Virus record (IMG/VR): IMGVR_UViG_3300029922_000001
Coordinates: 377,499-441,498 of that record
Direction: 5' to 3' (one strand)
DNA: 64,000 nucleotides
Shown here: positions 11,723 through 20,852 of the stretch, in pieces
Numbering within the stretch: position 1 is the first letter of the stretch
Layout of the letters: every line of letters begins with the position of its first letter
Notes under the pieces: generated by a model
What the model was told of the DNA's origin: nothing
What the model saw: the letters and a program-made list of their open reading frames with translations, nothing else
Databases searched by the model: none
Translations under genes and position numbers: made by a program

Positions 11723-11765
11723 AAATCTATCTTCTTAAAATAATCGAAGATTCCTTTTCGATTCC

Positions 11766-11794
11766 TTGACAGAGTATGAAAAACGAGGTATAAT
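11766..11794 (+). promoter_or_regulatory. Consensus sigma-70 promoter TTGACA-17-TATAAT driving the second half of the RNA cluster
   Basis: TTGACA 11766-11771, TATAAT 11789-11794; no ORF downstream until 12458. Confidence 0.85.
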
Positions 11795-11985
11795 ACATCC
11801 ATAAGCCAACGAGATAAATATGGTCAAGTTCCGAAATGGGAACCGGAAAGGCTAATTGCATTACCTTCATCGGGTACGAGACGGATATATATACTACGTT
11901 GATGGTAGGATGAAATTTATTTCATGAATTAGGCTGAACTCCTAATGTATATAATAGGAAAGCTGAAATAATCTTTCCTGCGCAC

Positions 11986-12084
11986 GAGAAAGAAAGCTAT
12001 AAGTGGTACATAGAAAGCGCAGAAGTTTCTCTTTAAATTCAATAGAAAAAGAAGAGTGTATAGGTTCGATTCCTATCTTTCTCA
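11986..12084 (+). ncRNA. tRNA-like RNA B (99 nt), non-canonical anticodon region
   Basis: Acceptor GAGAAAG/CTTTCTC+A; D-like arm CTAT-AAGTGGTAC-ATAG; T-arm ATAGG-TTCGATT-CCTAT; about 40-nt A/T-rich middle. Confidence 0.6.
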
Positions 12085-12093
12085 CGAGAAAAT

Positions 12094-12182
12094 GGGCGTT
12101 TGCCGAAGTTGGTTAACGGCAGTTCCACTATGACATAAAGTTGTAGTGGAGCTGATCAGGGGTTCGAGTCCTCTAGCGCCCA
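12094..12182 (+). ncRNA. tRNA-like RNA C (89 nt) with a 13-14-bp anticodon stem and 5-nt loop
   Basis: Acceptor GGGCGTT/AGCGCCC+A; D arm GCCG-AAGTTGGTTAA-CGGC; GTTCCACTATGAC-ATAAA-GTTGTAGTGGAGC; T-arm AGGGG-TTCGAGT-CCTCT. Confidence 0.75.
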
Positions 12183-12252
12183 CTCCGAGTTGTAACGATG
12201 TCGTAAACCTGTTTAAATGGTAACATACTGGAACGATTTAACGGACAATTCC

Positions 12253-12415
12253 GAGAGGGAAGAATATATAAGCAGTTAGTTAATGGTTATAATAGCATAA
12301 AGTAAGCATGAAGCAATTCATGGGTGAAAGCAGTAGTGAGTTAGAGTCTCAATTATATATTTGTTTAGTAAAGTAGAATTTTAATACAGATTAGTTCGAA
12401 CCTACCCTCTCTCCA
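12253..12415 (+). ncRNA. tRNA-like RNA D (163 nt) ending in CCA
   Basis: GAGAGGG/CCCTCTC acceptor-like stem plus T-CCA; short TAG-TTCGAAC-CTA T-loop; internal GAATATATAA/TTATATATTT helix and CATGAA-GCAA-TTCATG hairpin. Confidence 0.5.
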
Positions 12416-12457
12416 TTTAAAATCCCCCAGCAGACATATTTAAGGTATACTATAATC

Positions 12458-13099
12458 ATGAACCACTACGCTTTTGAATATAATTGTGATTATTACTATG
12501 AATGTCAACATGGCTCAAGTTGTTGTCAAGATGATTATTGTAGATGCGGTAAGATTGTAGATTTAGTCATTACAAAAGTTCCTAATGAAGAAATAATTAA
12601 AGAACTTAAATCAACATTAAAACCCGGTAAAAGACCTAAGCCTATTTGGTCAGATATAGAGAATTATTGTATCGAAAGATTGTTTGTTATTCATAAACTA
12701 TACAAACCAGAAAAGTACGATATCGCCATAGAAGGTGGTTATTATGGTCAAGAATTAGGTGATGCCTATTTTGCATATAACGATGATGTCAAATTTTATG
12801 ATGATGCAAGAGAAATGTTAGCTCTTAATGATAATGATAAAATTAGATTTATCTTAAATAAGGAATATGGTTATATCTCTGATGATTTAAAAAATACTGA
12901 ATTTTTTATTGAATATATTCAATATAGTGATATCTTAACACCAATTGATCTTCGAAGATGTAATGGTGAATCTTATAGTTATAGCGATATTATTGGAATA
13001 TATAAATTAATTGGTGATAAATATAGAATTATAGACGGTCATCATAGATGGCTTGCCGCTAAAGACGAAACCATAGTTAAGGTAATCTGTTATTTTTGA
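12458..13099 (+). CDS. Protein with Cys-rich N-terminus and C-terminal ParB/Srx-like motif
   Basis: CQHG..CCQDDYCRC N-terminus; YRIIDGHHRWLA at the C-terminus. Confidence 0.6.
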   Translation: MNHYAFEYNCDYYYECQHGSSCCQDDYCRCGKIVDLVITKVPNEEIIKELKSTLKPGKRPKPIWSDIENYCIERLFVIHKLYKPEKYDIAIEGGYYGQELGDAYFAYNDDVKFYDDAREMLALNDNDKIRFILNKEYGYISDDLKNTEFFIEYIQYSDILTPIDLRRCNGESYSYSDIIGIYKLIGDKYRIIDGHHRWLAAKDETIVKVICYF

Positions 13100-13229
13100 A
13101 AACTTCCCCAACAGACAAAAACTAAAAATGGAAATGGATTGCGACAACTCGAAGCTACTAGAATTTTTCAAGGTGCTAATGAAACACAACTTGAAATGAT
13201 TAGACTTATGTGTGAGAATCTAAGAGAAC

Positions 13230-14161
13230 ATGAATAGTTATAAATTTATACAAGACTGGATTCAAGACGGATTCAGTATTCGTAAAGGTGTAGTCATTAG
13301 AGGCGATCTGATCGTTACTGAAACTACTGTGAGCATTAAAGGCTCAGAAAGCTTTAAAGATATTCCTATTGATATTCTTGAAGGACATCAAGATGTAGTC
13401 TATGCTAAGAAACAGAAAATTAAAAAAACGAAAGAAAGAAAACAACAGGTAAAGAAAACCGCTGAAGAATCTGCAAGAATTTCAAGCAGAATTGATTTGT
13501 TGGCTGAAAATCTATTGACACCTACTGAAAATGTGGTACACTCTGCTTAATGAAAACCACCAAATATATCCAAGACCTTAGCGAAAAAATTACTAAGAAT
13601 AATAAATCTTTCGCTAAAATGACCCCTGCACAACGTAGAGTTGCTGTAGCTAAGGATACACTTAAAGCTATTCAAGTTGGATTTATAAATCCAATAGTAG
13701 GATCATATGTCCTTGCGGATTATAATTTTAATAAAGTTCAGTTTGGGGAAGATATGCAAACTATCCTTCTTGAGCTTCCTTACTGTAATTGTTGTGCTAA
13801 AGGTGCTTTATTCGTTGTAAAAGTTGCAAAGTTCAACCATTGTAAAGTGGACCAAAATCTGAAAGAGGATTTTTCAGATAGTGGAATTATTGGGGATGAT
13901 GGACTTGTCTCAAGTTTGGATGGTGTCTTTACTAGGCGACAACTTAATATAATCGAAAATGCTTTTGAAGCTAAATATCTTAACGGTAGTTTTAAAAATA
14001 AAGTATTCTATAAAGCAAGCTTTTTATATGAACATCTTGAACCAAAAGATCGACTTATTGCTATCTGTGAAAACATTATTAAAAATGATGGTGATTTCCA
14101 TGTTCGACTTACTGGTAATGCCTTGAAACGATATAATGAGAAACAGCATAATGAAAACTAA
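13230..14161 (+). other. Hypothetical ORFs 13230..13550 and 13550..14161 (CNCCAKGAL motif)
   Basis: Coupled ORFs (TAATG overlap). Confidence 0.7.
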
Positions 14162-14663
14162 TCCTAATCTACAGAAAACCCCAACAGTCAAAATTAATCG
14201 TGCTAAATGGAGAACAGGCTTTACAGGACAAAACCATGTCCTAGAAGACCTTTTTGGCACTACTAGCCTTGTTACAGAAAAAGGCTATATGTGTTGCCTT
14301 GGATTTGCATGTAAGCAATTAATGCCATCATTGACTCATAAAATCATTAATGATGCTACAGAACCAGCAGAAATCGCTTTTCCACTTCCTGGTAAAAGAT
14401 ATAAGAATCTTCCACTCTTTGCGGATTTTAAAGATAATAATTATAGATATTCAGATGATGAAAGTAAGTATTCGATTATTAAGAAATCTTGGATTGATGA
14501 TGCCATTCGAATCAATGATAGTGCAGCTAAATCAATCGAAGCAAAAGAATTTCAACTTACTCAACTGTTTAAGGAAAATGGAATCACACTCGAATTTGTA
14601 GGAGACTACACAAAGAAACAAATTAAGGCTTTTGAACAAGCTGGGATAAAATTAAATGACTAA
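14151..14663 (+). CDS. CCLG-family hypothetical protein, paralog 1
   Basis: I.R.KWRTG..FG.T.L.TEKG.CCLGF..QL.P...W...A..IND...KE..L..LF.ENGI.L.F.G.YT. Confidence 0.8.
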   Translation: MKTNPNLQKTPTVKINRAKWRTGFTGQNHVLEDLFGTTSLVTEKGYMCCLGFACKQLMPSLTHKIINDATEPAEIAFPLPGKRYKNLPLFADFKDNNYRYSDDESKYSIIKKSWIDDAIRINDSAAKSIEAKEFQLTQLFKENGITLEFVGDYTKKQIKAFEQAGIKLND

Positions 14664-15117
14664 AGTTACAATTAATCGTGCTAGATGGAGAATGGGTGGA
14701 GACGCTAAATCACTAGCTTATGCATTCGGTAGAACCGCTCTAGCTACAGAAAAAGGATATAAGTGCTGCCTTGGATTTGCCGCAAATCAACTGTTTCCAT
14801 CTATTTCAGTAAAACACTTGAAAACTTGTGATATGCCATATAAAATTGACTTTCCTTCGTCACCAGGAAGATATAAAAATATTGAACTAATGTTTGATCT
14901 TTATGATGAAGGTAATGCAGTTATGGAAAAGAACTGGATTGCAGAAGCAGTTGAAATTAATGATCAACTGGATTTGACATTGCCAGAAAAAGAACAAAAA
15001 CTTATTAACTTGTTTAAAGAAAATGATATTGATCTTGAATTTGTTGGCAATTATACGAAAATTCAATTACAAGCACTATACGAAAATTCAATTACAAGCA
15101 CTAAAAGAATAGGATAG
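14656..15117 (+). CDS. CCLG-family hypothetical protein, paralog 2
   Basis: Same motif set as 14151..14663. Confidence 0.8.
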   Translation: MTKVTINRARWRMGGDAKSLAYAFGRTALATEKGYKCCLGFAANQLFPSISVKHLKTCDMPYKIDFPSSPGRYKNIELMFDLYDEGNAVMEKNWIAEAVEINDQLDLTLPEKEQKLINLFKENDIDLEFVGNYTKIQLQALYENSITSTKRIG

Positions 15118-15585
15118 GATAGGATAGGATAGGATAGGATAGGATAGCAAAAAAAACAAGAGAAGAGATAATCCCCAATAAGGGGATTCGAGGTATACTC
15201 TGAACATGATAACCGATCTTAAAAACCTTCCTAATATTGAACTTCTGCATATCGCTAAAGAACCTATCGAAGATGCGAAAATGGAAGTTAAACTGTTGGT
15301 GGGTCCAGAAAAGGGCAATACAGTAATTGGACAATTCTGTTCCTTTAAAGGAATTAAGGAAAGAAAAAAATGAAAAATCCACAATCAACCGTTTTTACCA
15401 AAGACTATAATAGAGAAGTTGTCTATGTCTATATCAATAATAAACAATTCTGCTTCTTCGCTGAAGAAGGAAATCTTAGCAAGAATGAAGCCAATGCAGA
15501 TAAATTGATTGATCTACTTAAACAAGCAGATAGTCAATCGTTTCGATAAAATCCCCAACAATCAAATTTAAGGTATACTCTAATC

Positions 15586-16107
15586 ATGAATACAAAACCA
15601 ATCCCTACAACTCCTACAGTAACAATTAATAGAACAAAATGGAGAACAGGAGGATGTTATCTAGATGAAATCTTTGGAGATACTGCACTACTTACAACGA
15701 AAGGACATATGTGCTGCCTTGGATTTGCTTGTAAACAGTTGATGCCAGAAATTAAAGAAAAAGATATCCAAGATGTCGGAACACCAGAAGATATTAACTT
15801 CGATTATAAAAATGTGACCAAATATCGAAATAGTAAACTACTGTTTGATTTTGTTACAGGTACATCAATGGGATATTGTGATAGCAGAATTCGACCACAT
15901 GATAAACTCTGGATCACAGAGGCTTTTCTAATTAATGATAATGATTCCATTACTCAGAAAATGAGAGAACAAATGCTTACCGATCTGTTCCTGAAAAATG
16001 GTATCAATCTTGTCTTTAAAGGCGACTATACAAAGAAACAAATTAAAGCTTTTACAGAAGCAAAGAAACAAATTAAAGCTTTTACAGAAGCAGGGATTAA
16101 AGTTTAA
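15586..16107 (+). CDS. CCLG-family hypothetical protein, paralog 3
   Basis: Same motif set; the 30-bp duplication 16031-16090 repeats KKQIKAFTEA. Confidence 0.8.
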   Translation: MNTKPIPTTPTVTINRTKWRTGGCYLDEIFGDTALLTTKGHMCCLGFACKQLMPEIKEKDIQDVGTPEDINFDYKNVTKYRNSKLLFDFVTGTSMGYCDSRIRPHDKLWITEAFLINDNDSITQKMREQMLTDLFLKNGINLVFKGDYTKKQIKAFTEAKKQIKAFTEAGIKV

Positions 16108-16587
16108 ATGGATATAACTCCTATAACTCCTAATACTCCTAATACTCCTAATACTCCTAATACTCCTAATACTCCTACAGTGACAATTGATAGACCTAAG
16201 TGGAGAACAGGAGGGGTACGGAATTCTTACAACTTCGGTCCTACATGTCTTAGAAATCATAAAGGATTGAAATGCTGTCTTGGATTTGCTACAGAACAAC
16301 TACTACCATCGTTGTCACATAAACTAAACGAATATGTGACAATACCATCTAGAATTACTTTTCCAGAAGATTATAAACAACTTGAATTTATTAATCTCTT
16401 GGTTGATGTAGAAGATACAGGAAGGTCATTGAATTGGGTTTCGGAAGCTGTTAACATTAATGATAGTAAACTAATTACACTAGAGAAGAAAGAAGAAATG
16501 CTGACTAAACTCTTTGGAGAAAATGGTATCAATCTCGTGTTCACTGGAAAATATACTCCAGAACAAGAACAAATAAAAGCGTGTTAA
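16108..16587 (+). CDS. CCLG-family hypothetical protein, paralog 4 (N-terminal TPN repeats)
   Basis: Same motif set; 9-bp repeat x7 at 16114-16176. Confidence 0.8.
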   Translation: MDITPITPNTPNTPNTPNTPNTPTVTIDRPKWRTGGVRNSYNFGPTCLRNHKGLKCCLGFATEQLLPSLSHKLNEYVTIPSRITFPEDYKQLEFINLLVDVEDTGRSLNWVSEAVNINDSKLITLEKKEEMLTKLFGENGINLVFTGKYTPEQEQIKAC

Positions 16588-16715
16588 GTAGAATAGAGTA
16601 GGAGTAAATGAAAACAAAAGCATAAATGATAGAAGATGCAAAATTTGGACTGATTATAGCAGTGGTTATCGCTGTTATTCTTTTTATTTTTGCAAACTAA
16701 AGAAAAGGAAATAGA

Positions 16716-17596
16716 ATGATTATGACAACAACAGAATCTTGGGTTAATGCATGGGTTGATAAAGAACTAGCAATCATGATTGCAGAAATCGAAAGAATTG
16801 AAAACTATTACTATAAACATATTCGAAGACATGTTAGAGTTAGACCTGATTCAAAATTTCGATGTAAACTTAAAGTGAATCCTTATCAATTTAATGATCA
16901 AGATGAATTTAAAAGACAATTGGAATATAGATTCGCTAGACCTAATAAAGTCAATATCGAAATTGATAAAGAATATGAGGGTCCGTGGTGGGTCTATGTG
17001 AAACCAAATATTCCTGAGAAAACTACTGTGGAAAAAATGATCGAAGAACTGGATGCACTAACTGTAAAGAATGCAGATTGGAGAAAATGGTATCAATCTC
17101 GTGTTCACTAGAAAATATACTCCAGAACAAATAAAAGCGTGTTAAGTAGAGTAAAGTAGAATAGAGTAGGAGTTTTCAGAGTATTAGGAGTTTTCAGAGT
17201 ATTAGGAGTTTTCAGAGTATTAGGAGTATTTACTAGGTCTTTAGGAAATCTAGTAAGCGAGATAGTATAATTATTATGATGACCGCCAATACAACCAATA
17301 CAACCAACACTATTAATATTGATGACTTCATAGGACAACAAGCACTGAAAGCTAAAGCTAAACAAGAACTTGAAGTGCAAATGAAAATGAATAAGATTAT
17401 TCAACATGTTGATAAATACATGGATAGGTATATTAAAGAATATCCTATGAATCCTTACTTCCGATTGCAAACACCAATCAGTGATCAAGGATTCTATCAA
17501 GTTATTCAATGGAACCAATTTGATAATGTGGCATTTACTGATGAACTACATGAAATGATTAATTCAGAAAATGGAGAAGATCAAGAAGACTCCTAG
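16716..17596 (+). other. Hypothetical ORFs 16716..17111 and 17276..17596
   Basis: Co-directional ORFs with SD (AAGGA) or -10-proximal starts. Confidence 0.65.
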
Positions 17597-18160
17597 AACT
17601 CCTAGAACTCCTAGAACTCTTAGAACTCCTAAAACTTTCTGGGAAAATCCTGGGCGAATCTGGGAATTTCATGGGAAAAACATGGGAATAAAGTTGATAT
17701 AAAATTCAACTCCGAGACGTTGAAGTTTATATAATTTTATAGATTTGCTGAGAATGTATTAAAAATAGTATTAATTTAAGCTTGAGTGATCTAAAAAATG
17801 ATATTACTGATATGAACTAAGATAATAAATTTTTTGAAATTAAGGTATCAAGAGAATATAACTGCGAAAACGTTGTTTTTTCAAAAAATGAGAGAAAGTT
17901 TTCAAAAATAACTTTAATAGATGCTACCGGAGCAATTTTAATGTAATTTTTTGAATTGACTATATAAAAATGAACTTGTTACTGTTAAAGTTTTTCAAAA
18001 AACAATATTGAATTTCGAAAGACTGGATAAGGTTTTTGAGAGGTTGTTTTTATATAAACTTTGTAAGTTTTTTGGAGTTCTTGGGTACTTTTCGTGTTCA
18101 CCGTAAAAAATTAAAAAACACACGATGGTCTGATATCGAAAGTATTAATCTGTATAAAGT
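17590..18160. other. Large AT-rich intergenic region with iteron-like and A-tract repeats (candidate origin or genome terminus)
   Basis: Five TGGG(A/C) units at 10-11-nt spacing (17640-17690); repeated TTTT(C/G)AAAA-type tracts; hairpin AAATTCAAC/GTTGAAGTTT; no ORF of 60 aa or more. Confidence 0.35.
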
Positions 18161-18165
18161 AGAAT

Positions 18166-19012
18166 ATGGCAATAACTGATACAGTAGAATCACTTTCACA
18201 ACAATTGCAGGACTTAAAAAATGAGATGGCTCAGCAAATTGGCACAATAAGTGGTAATCAGCAAAATGCTATTAATTCTGCCATTAGTGTTTATGTTACT
18301 GATTTACAAAATGCAATAGATACTCATGTTGCTGAAATTGCCGCTTTAAATTCCGCTCATGCTGCTGAGATATCAAAGTTAAAATCAGACTATGATAAAG
18401 AGATATCCTTAATAGAATCATTACGTTGTGAGGAACGTAATGCGCTTCAGACTACGTATAATAATATGGTCATTCAGAAAGACGCAGCGAAAGCGAATGT
18501 TGAATTTACGTTAGGAACTCAAATAGATAATTTAAAGAACAGTGTTATTGAGTTAAGTAATTCGGTCACAAAATTAAATAATGTTATCAAGGGTAAAGAT
18601 TCGAAAATCATTGAGTTATTGAACGCATCTAAGGTAAATCTTAGTTGATTGAACCTATAATAGATTGATGATGTTAACAGACTTCGGAGTTTTCCCCACC
18701 TTACAAATCCTTGAAGGTGTATGGCTAGAATTACGAAATTCGAAAGGAGTTACTAAATTATATCCTCTTTTAGAGGACGAATTAATATCCTCAGATTACA
18801 CAGCACTAGATCCAATAGTATTACATCCTGGTAAATATTGGATAACGATATTCAATGACAGTACACCTATTGTTAATGATATCTTATCTATTGATGTTGA
18901 GTGCATATTGTTTAATTACAAGATAGATTATCAAAAAGATCGTGAAGTAACTTTAAGTAAGAGTTTATTTATAGGTACTGAGGAAGAGTGGTATTGCGAA
19001 ATGGAGATTTAA
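18166..19012 (+). other. Coiled-coil protein 18166..18648 and hypothetical 18665..19012
   Basis: Heptad-like composition in the first; operon-like packing. Confidence 0.65.
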
Positions 19013-19647
19013 GTTTGGGTAGTTTTCAATTACATTCAGAGATTAGTAAATCTTTTGTAAATGGTCCAACTGAGAGTGGTCGTTATGTATTCTGGGTACA
19101 GGGTTGTCCCTTTGCGTGTCCTGGTTGTTTCAATCCTAGTACTTGGGCATTTACTGGTGGTTATTTAAAGACAGTAGAAGAGTTAGTAAAAGATATATTA
19201 GCGAGTGGTTGTGATGGTTTAACTATTAGTGGTGGTGAGCCATTATTACAGCGAGAGGCGTTATTGGAATTAATAATTCAATTAGAGCCATATGTATTAC
19301 AAGGAATATTAAAATACGGAATTATTTGTTATAGTGGTTTTGAGATCGAAGAGGTTGAGAAATTCGAAAGATCGGAAGAACTACTAGGACTGCTTGATGT
19401 TTTAATTGACGGGAAATTTGTAGAAAATTTAAAGACAGTAGATTCTATAGCTGGAAGTTCTAATCAACGATTTCATTTTTCGAAAAAGGAAGATAGGGGT
19501 AATTGTATTATTACTTTATCTGACATAGAAGAAATTGATAAAGGTGTTGAAATTCATTCTAGTTCTTTAGAAAAAACTGTACAAATAACAGGCTTCCCCA
19601 ATATAGACCGCAGATTTTTAAAGTCAATAGGTTTAACAGTGAAGTAA
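18988..19647 (+). CDS. Radical SAM 4Fe-4S protein, NrdG-like (anaerobic RNR activase family)
   Basis: R..FWVQGCPFACPGCFNP.TW (CxxxCxxC), GLTISGGEPLLQ, DVLIDGKF, GSSNQR. Start uncertain. Confidence 0.85.
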   Translation: MVLRNGDLSLGSFQLHSEISKSFVNGPTESGRYVFWVQGCPFACPGCFNPSTWAFTGGYLKTVEELVKDILASGCDGLTISGGEPLLQREALLELIIQLEPYVLQGILKYGIICYSGFEIEEVEKFERSEELLGLLDVLIDGKFVENLKTVDSIAGSSNQRFHFSKKEDRGNCIITLSDIEEIDKGVEIHSSSLEKTVQITGFPNIDRRFLKSIGLTVK

Positions 19648-19655
19648 GGAAAATA

Positions 19656-20549
19656 ATGAAAAATAATTCAAAGATACGTGGTATCATAAAATCCGAAGGG
19701 GATCAAGCCCCTTATCAAGTAAAGGGTTTCCCTACTAGTTACAGCAATCACATTCCAGGTGCTAATGTTTTAGCGACGATGAAAGATATAGAAGTATGGT
19801 ATCATTTCATTCGTTGGTATGATCATCCAAATGGTCAAATTGCTTTACAATACTTAGTTCAAAAGTATGATCGTTTTTTTCACAAGACTGCTCACAAGTT
19901 AAGTCATTCTAATCCCCATGAATTTGAGTATGCGGATTTCGTAGGTTTTGCAAGTCAGGGATTTTTATATGCTCTTTTAACTTACGATTTCGAAACAGGA
20001 ATTGAGAAGGGTAGTAGTTTAAACACATGGATTCATAGCAACGCTTATCCATTTGCAAACAACCAGCGTTATTCAGCCAGGATGGTAAGTTCCAATTCTC
20101 ATTTACGTCAAGACATTAAATATGCTGCTGGTGGTTATGATAGTGATCCTGAGAAGAAAGAGTTATTTGAGCGTCAGCGCAATTGGGTAAATGACAGTGA
20201 CATTGCATTAGCTTTACAGCGTGTAAAGTTATTAGATTCTCCAGCTATGTTTTCTGATTTAATGGATAATGATGATGAAGAGTCCCATGAATTATTAATT
20301 GAAGATCCAAACGTTTTAAATGAGGAACAATTAACATTGCGGATTTTGATTAATAACATGAAAGAAACATTTTCAGATGTTGAGCGTAAGATATTCGAAT
20401 ATCATTTTGAGCAAGAGATGAATGCTCAAGAGGTAGCATCAGAGTTATCTTTAGATTATCGCAAGACATTAAATTTGATTCGCAAGATCAAAGAGAAGAG
20501 TGTTGCATATTACAATCAGAGTGAACAAGAGTTAGCATTGGTTGTATAA
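19656..20549 (+). CDS. Phage-encoded sigma-70-family RNA polymerase sigma factor
   Basis: Region-2-like LVQKY..FF.K.A...EYADFVGFASQGFLYALLTYD......LNTWI; region-4-like FSDVERKIFEYHF.QEMNAQEVASELSLDYRKTLNLIRKIKEK. Confidence 0.75.
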   Translation: MKNNSKIRGIIKSEGDQAPYQVKGFPTSYSNHIPGANVLATMKDIEVWYHFIRWYDHPNGQIALQYLVQKYDRFFHKTAHKLSHSNPHEFEYADFVGFASQGFLYALLTYDFETGIEKGSSLNTWIHSNAYPFANNQRYSARMVSSNSHLRQDIKYAAGGYDSDPEKKELFERQRNWVNDSDIALALQRVKLLDSPAMFSDLMDNDDEESHELLIEDPNVLNEEQLTLRILINNMKETFSDVERKIFEYHFEQEMNAQEVASELSLDYRKTLNLIRKIKEKSVAYYNQSEQELALVV

Positions 20550-20573
20550 TCAGATTAGGGAAAATAGGAGATT

Positions 20574-20843
20574 ATGTTACTCAAGAAAGAGATTAAGAAT
20601 CTATATGAATATACTGCTGTGTGCAATGATGAAACCACAGCAGTAGATTTCGAAAACTTTTTAAAGTCATTAGACACTAAGTATTATTTTCGTCAAGGTC
20701 AAAATGTATATTTCATTTGTTCTAAGATGGAAGGATTACAAATAGCTAAACCTTTTATAAAAGAGTTATTAAATAAAAGTAAACTTCTAGAAAGTGAAAA
20801 TTCGAAAGAATCGAAAGATAAAGTCATTGAAGATACGGTATAA
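20574..20843 (+). CDS. Hypothetical protein
   Basis: AGGAG SD upstream. Confidence 0.65.
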   Translation: MLLKKEIKNLYEYTAVCNDETTAVDFENFLKSLDTKYYFRQGQNVYFICSKMEGLQIAKPFIKELLNKSKLLESENSKESKDKVIEDTV

Positions 20844-20852
20844 TAGGTTTGT

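Larger units (their letters stand above)
15052..17633 (+). repeat. Short tandem repeat hotspot
   Basis: 25 bp x2 (15052-15101); (AGGAT)7 at 15111-15145; 30 bp x2 (16031-16090); 9 bp x7 (16114-16176); 18 bp x3.5 (17167-17230); 9 bp x5 (17589-17633); about 55-bp direct repeat 16547-16605 / 17111-17173. Confidence 0.9.

Noticed and set aside
11822-11860. c-di-GMP-I riboswitch, SRP or RNase P-like motif
   Set aside because: Only a GAAA hairpin and GGAAA match; the second stem and conserved cores are missing.
14151-16587. Diversity-generating retroelement behind the paralog arrays
   Set aside because: No reverse transcriptase, and no TR/VR pair differing only at adenines.
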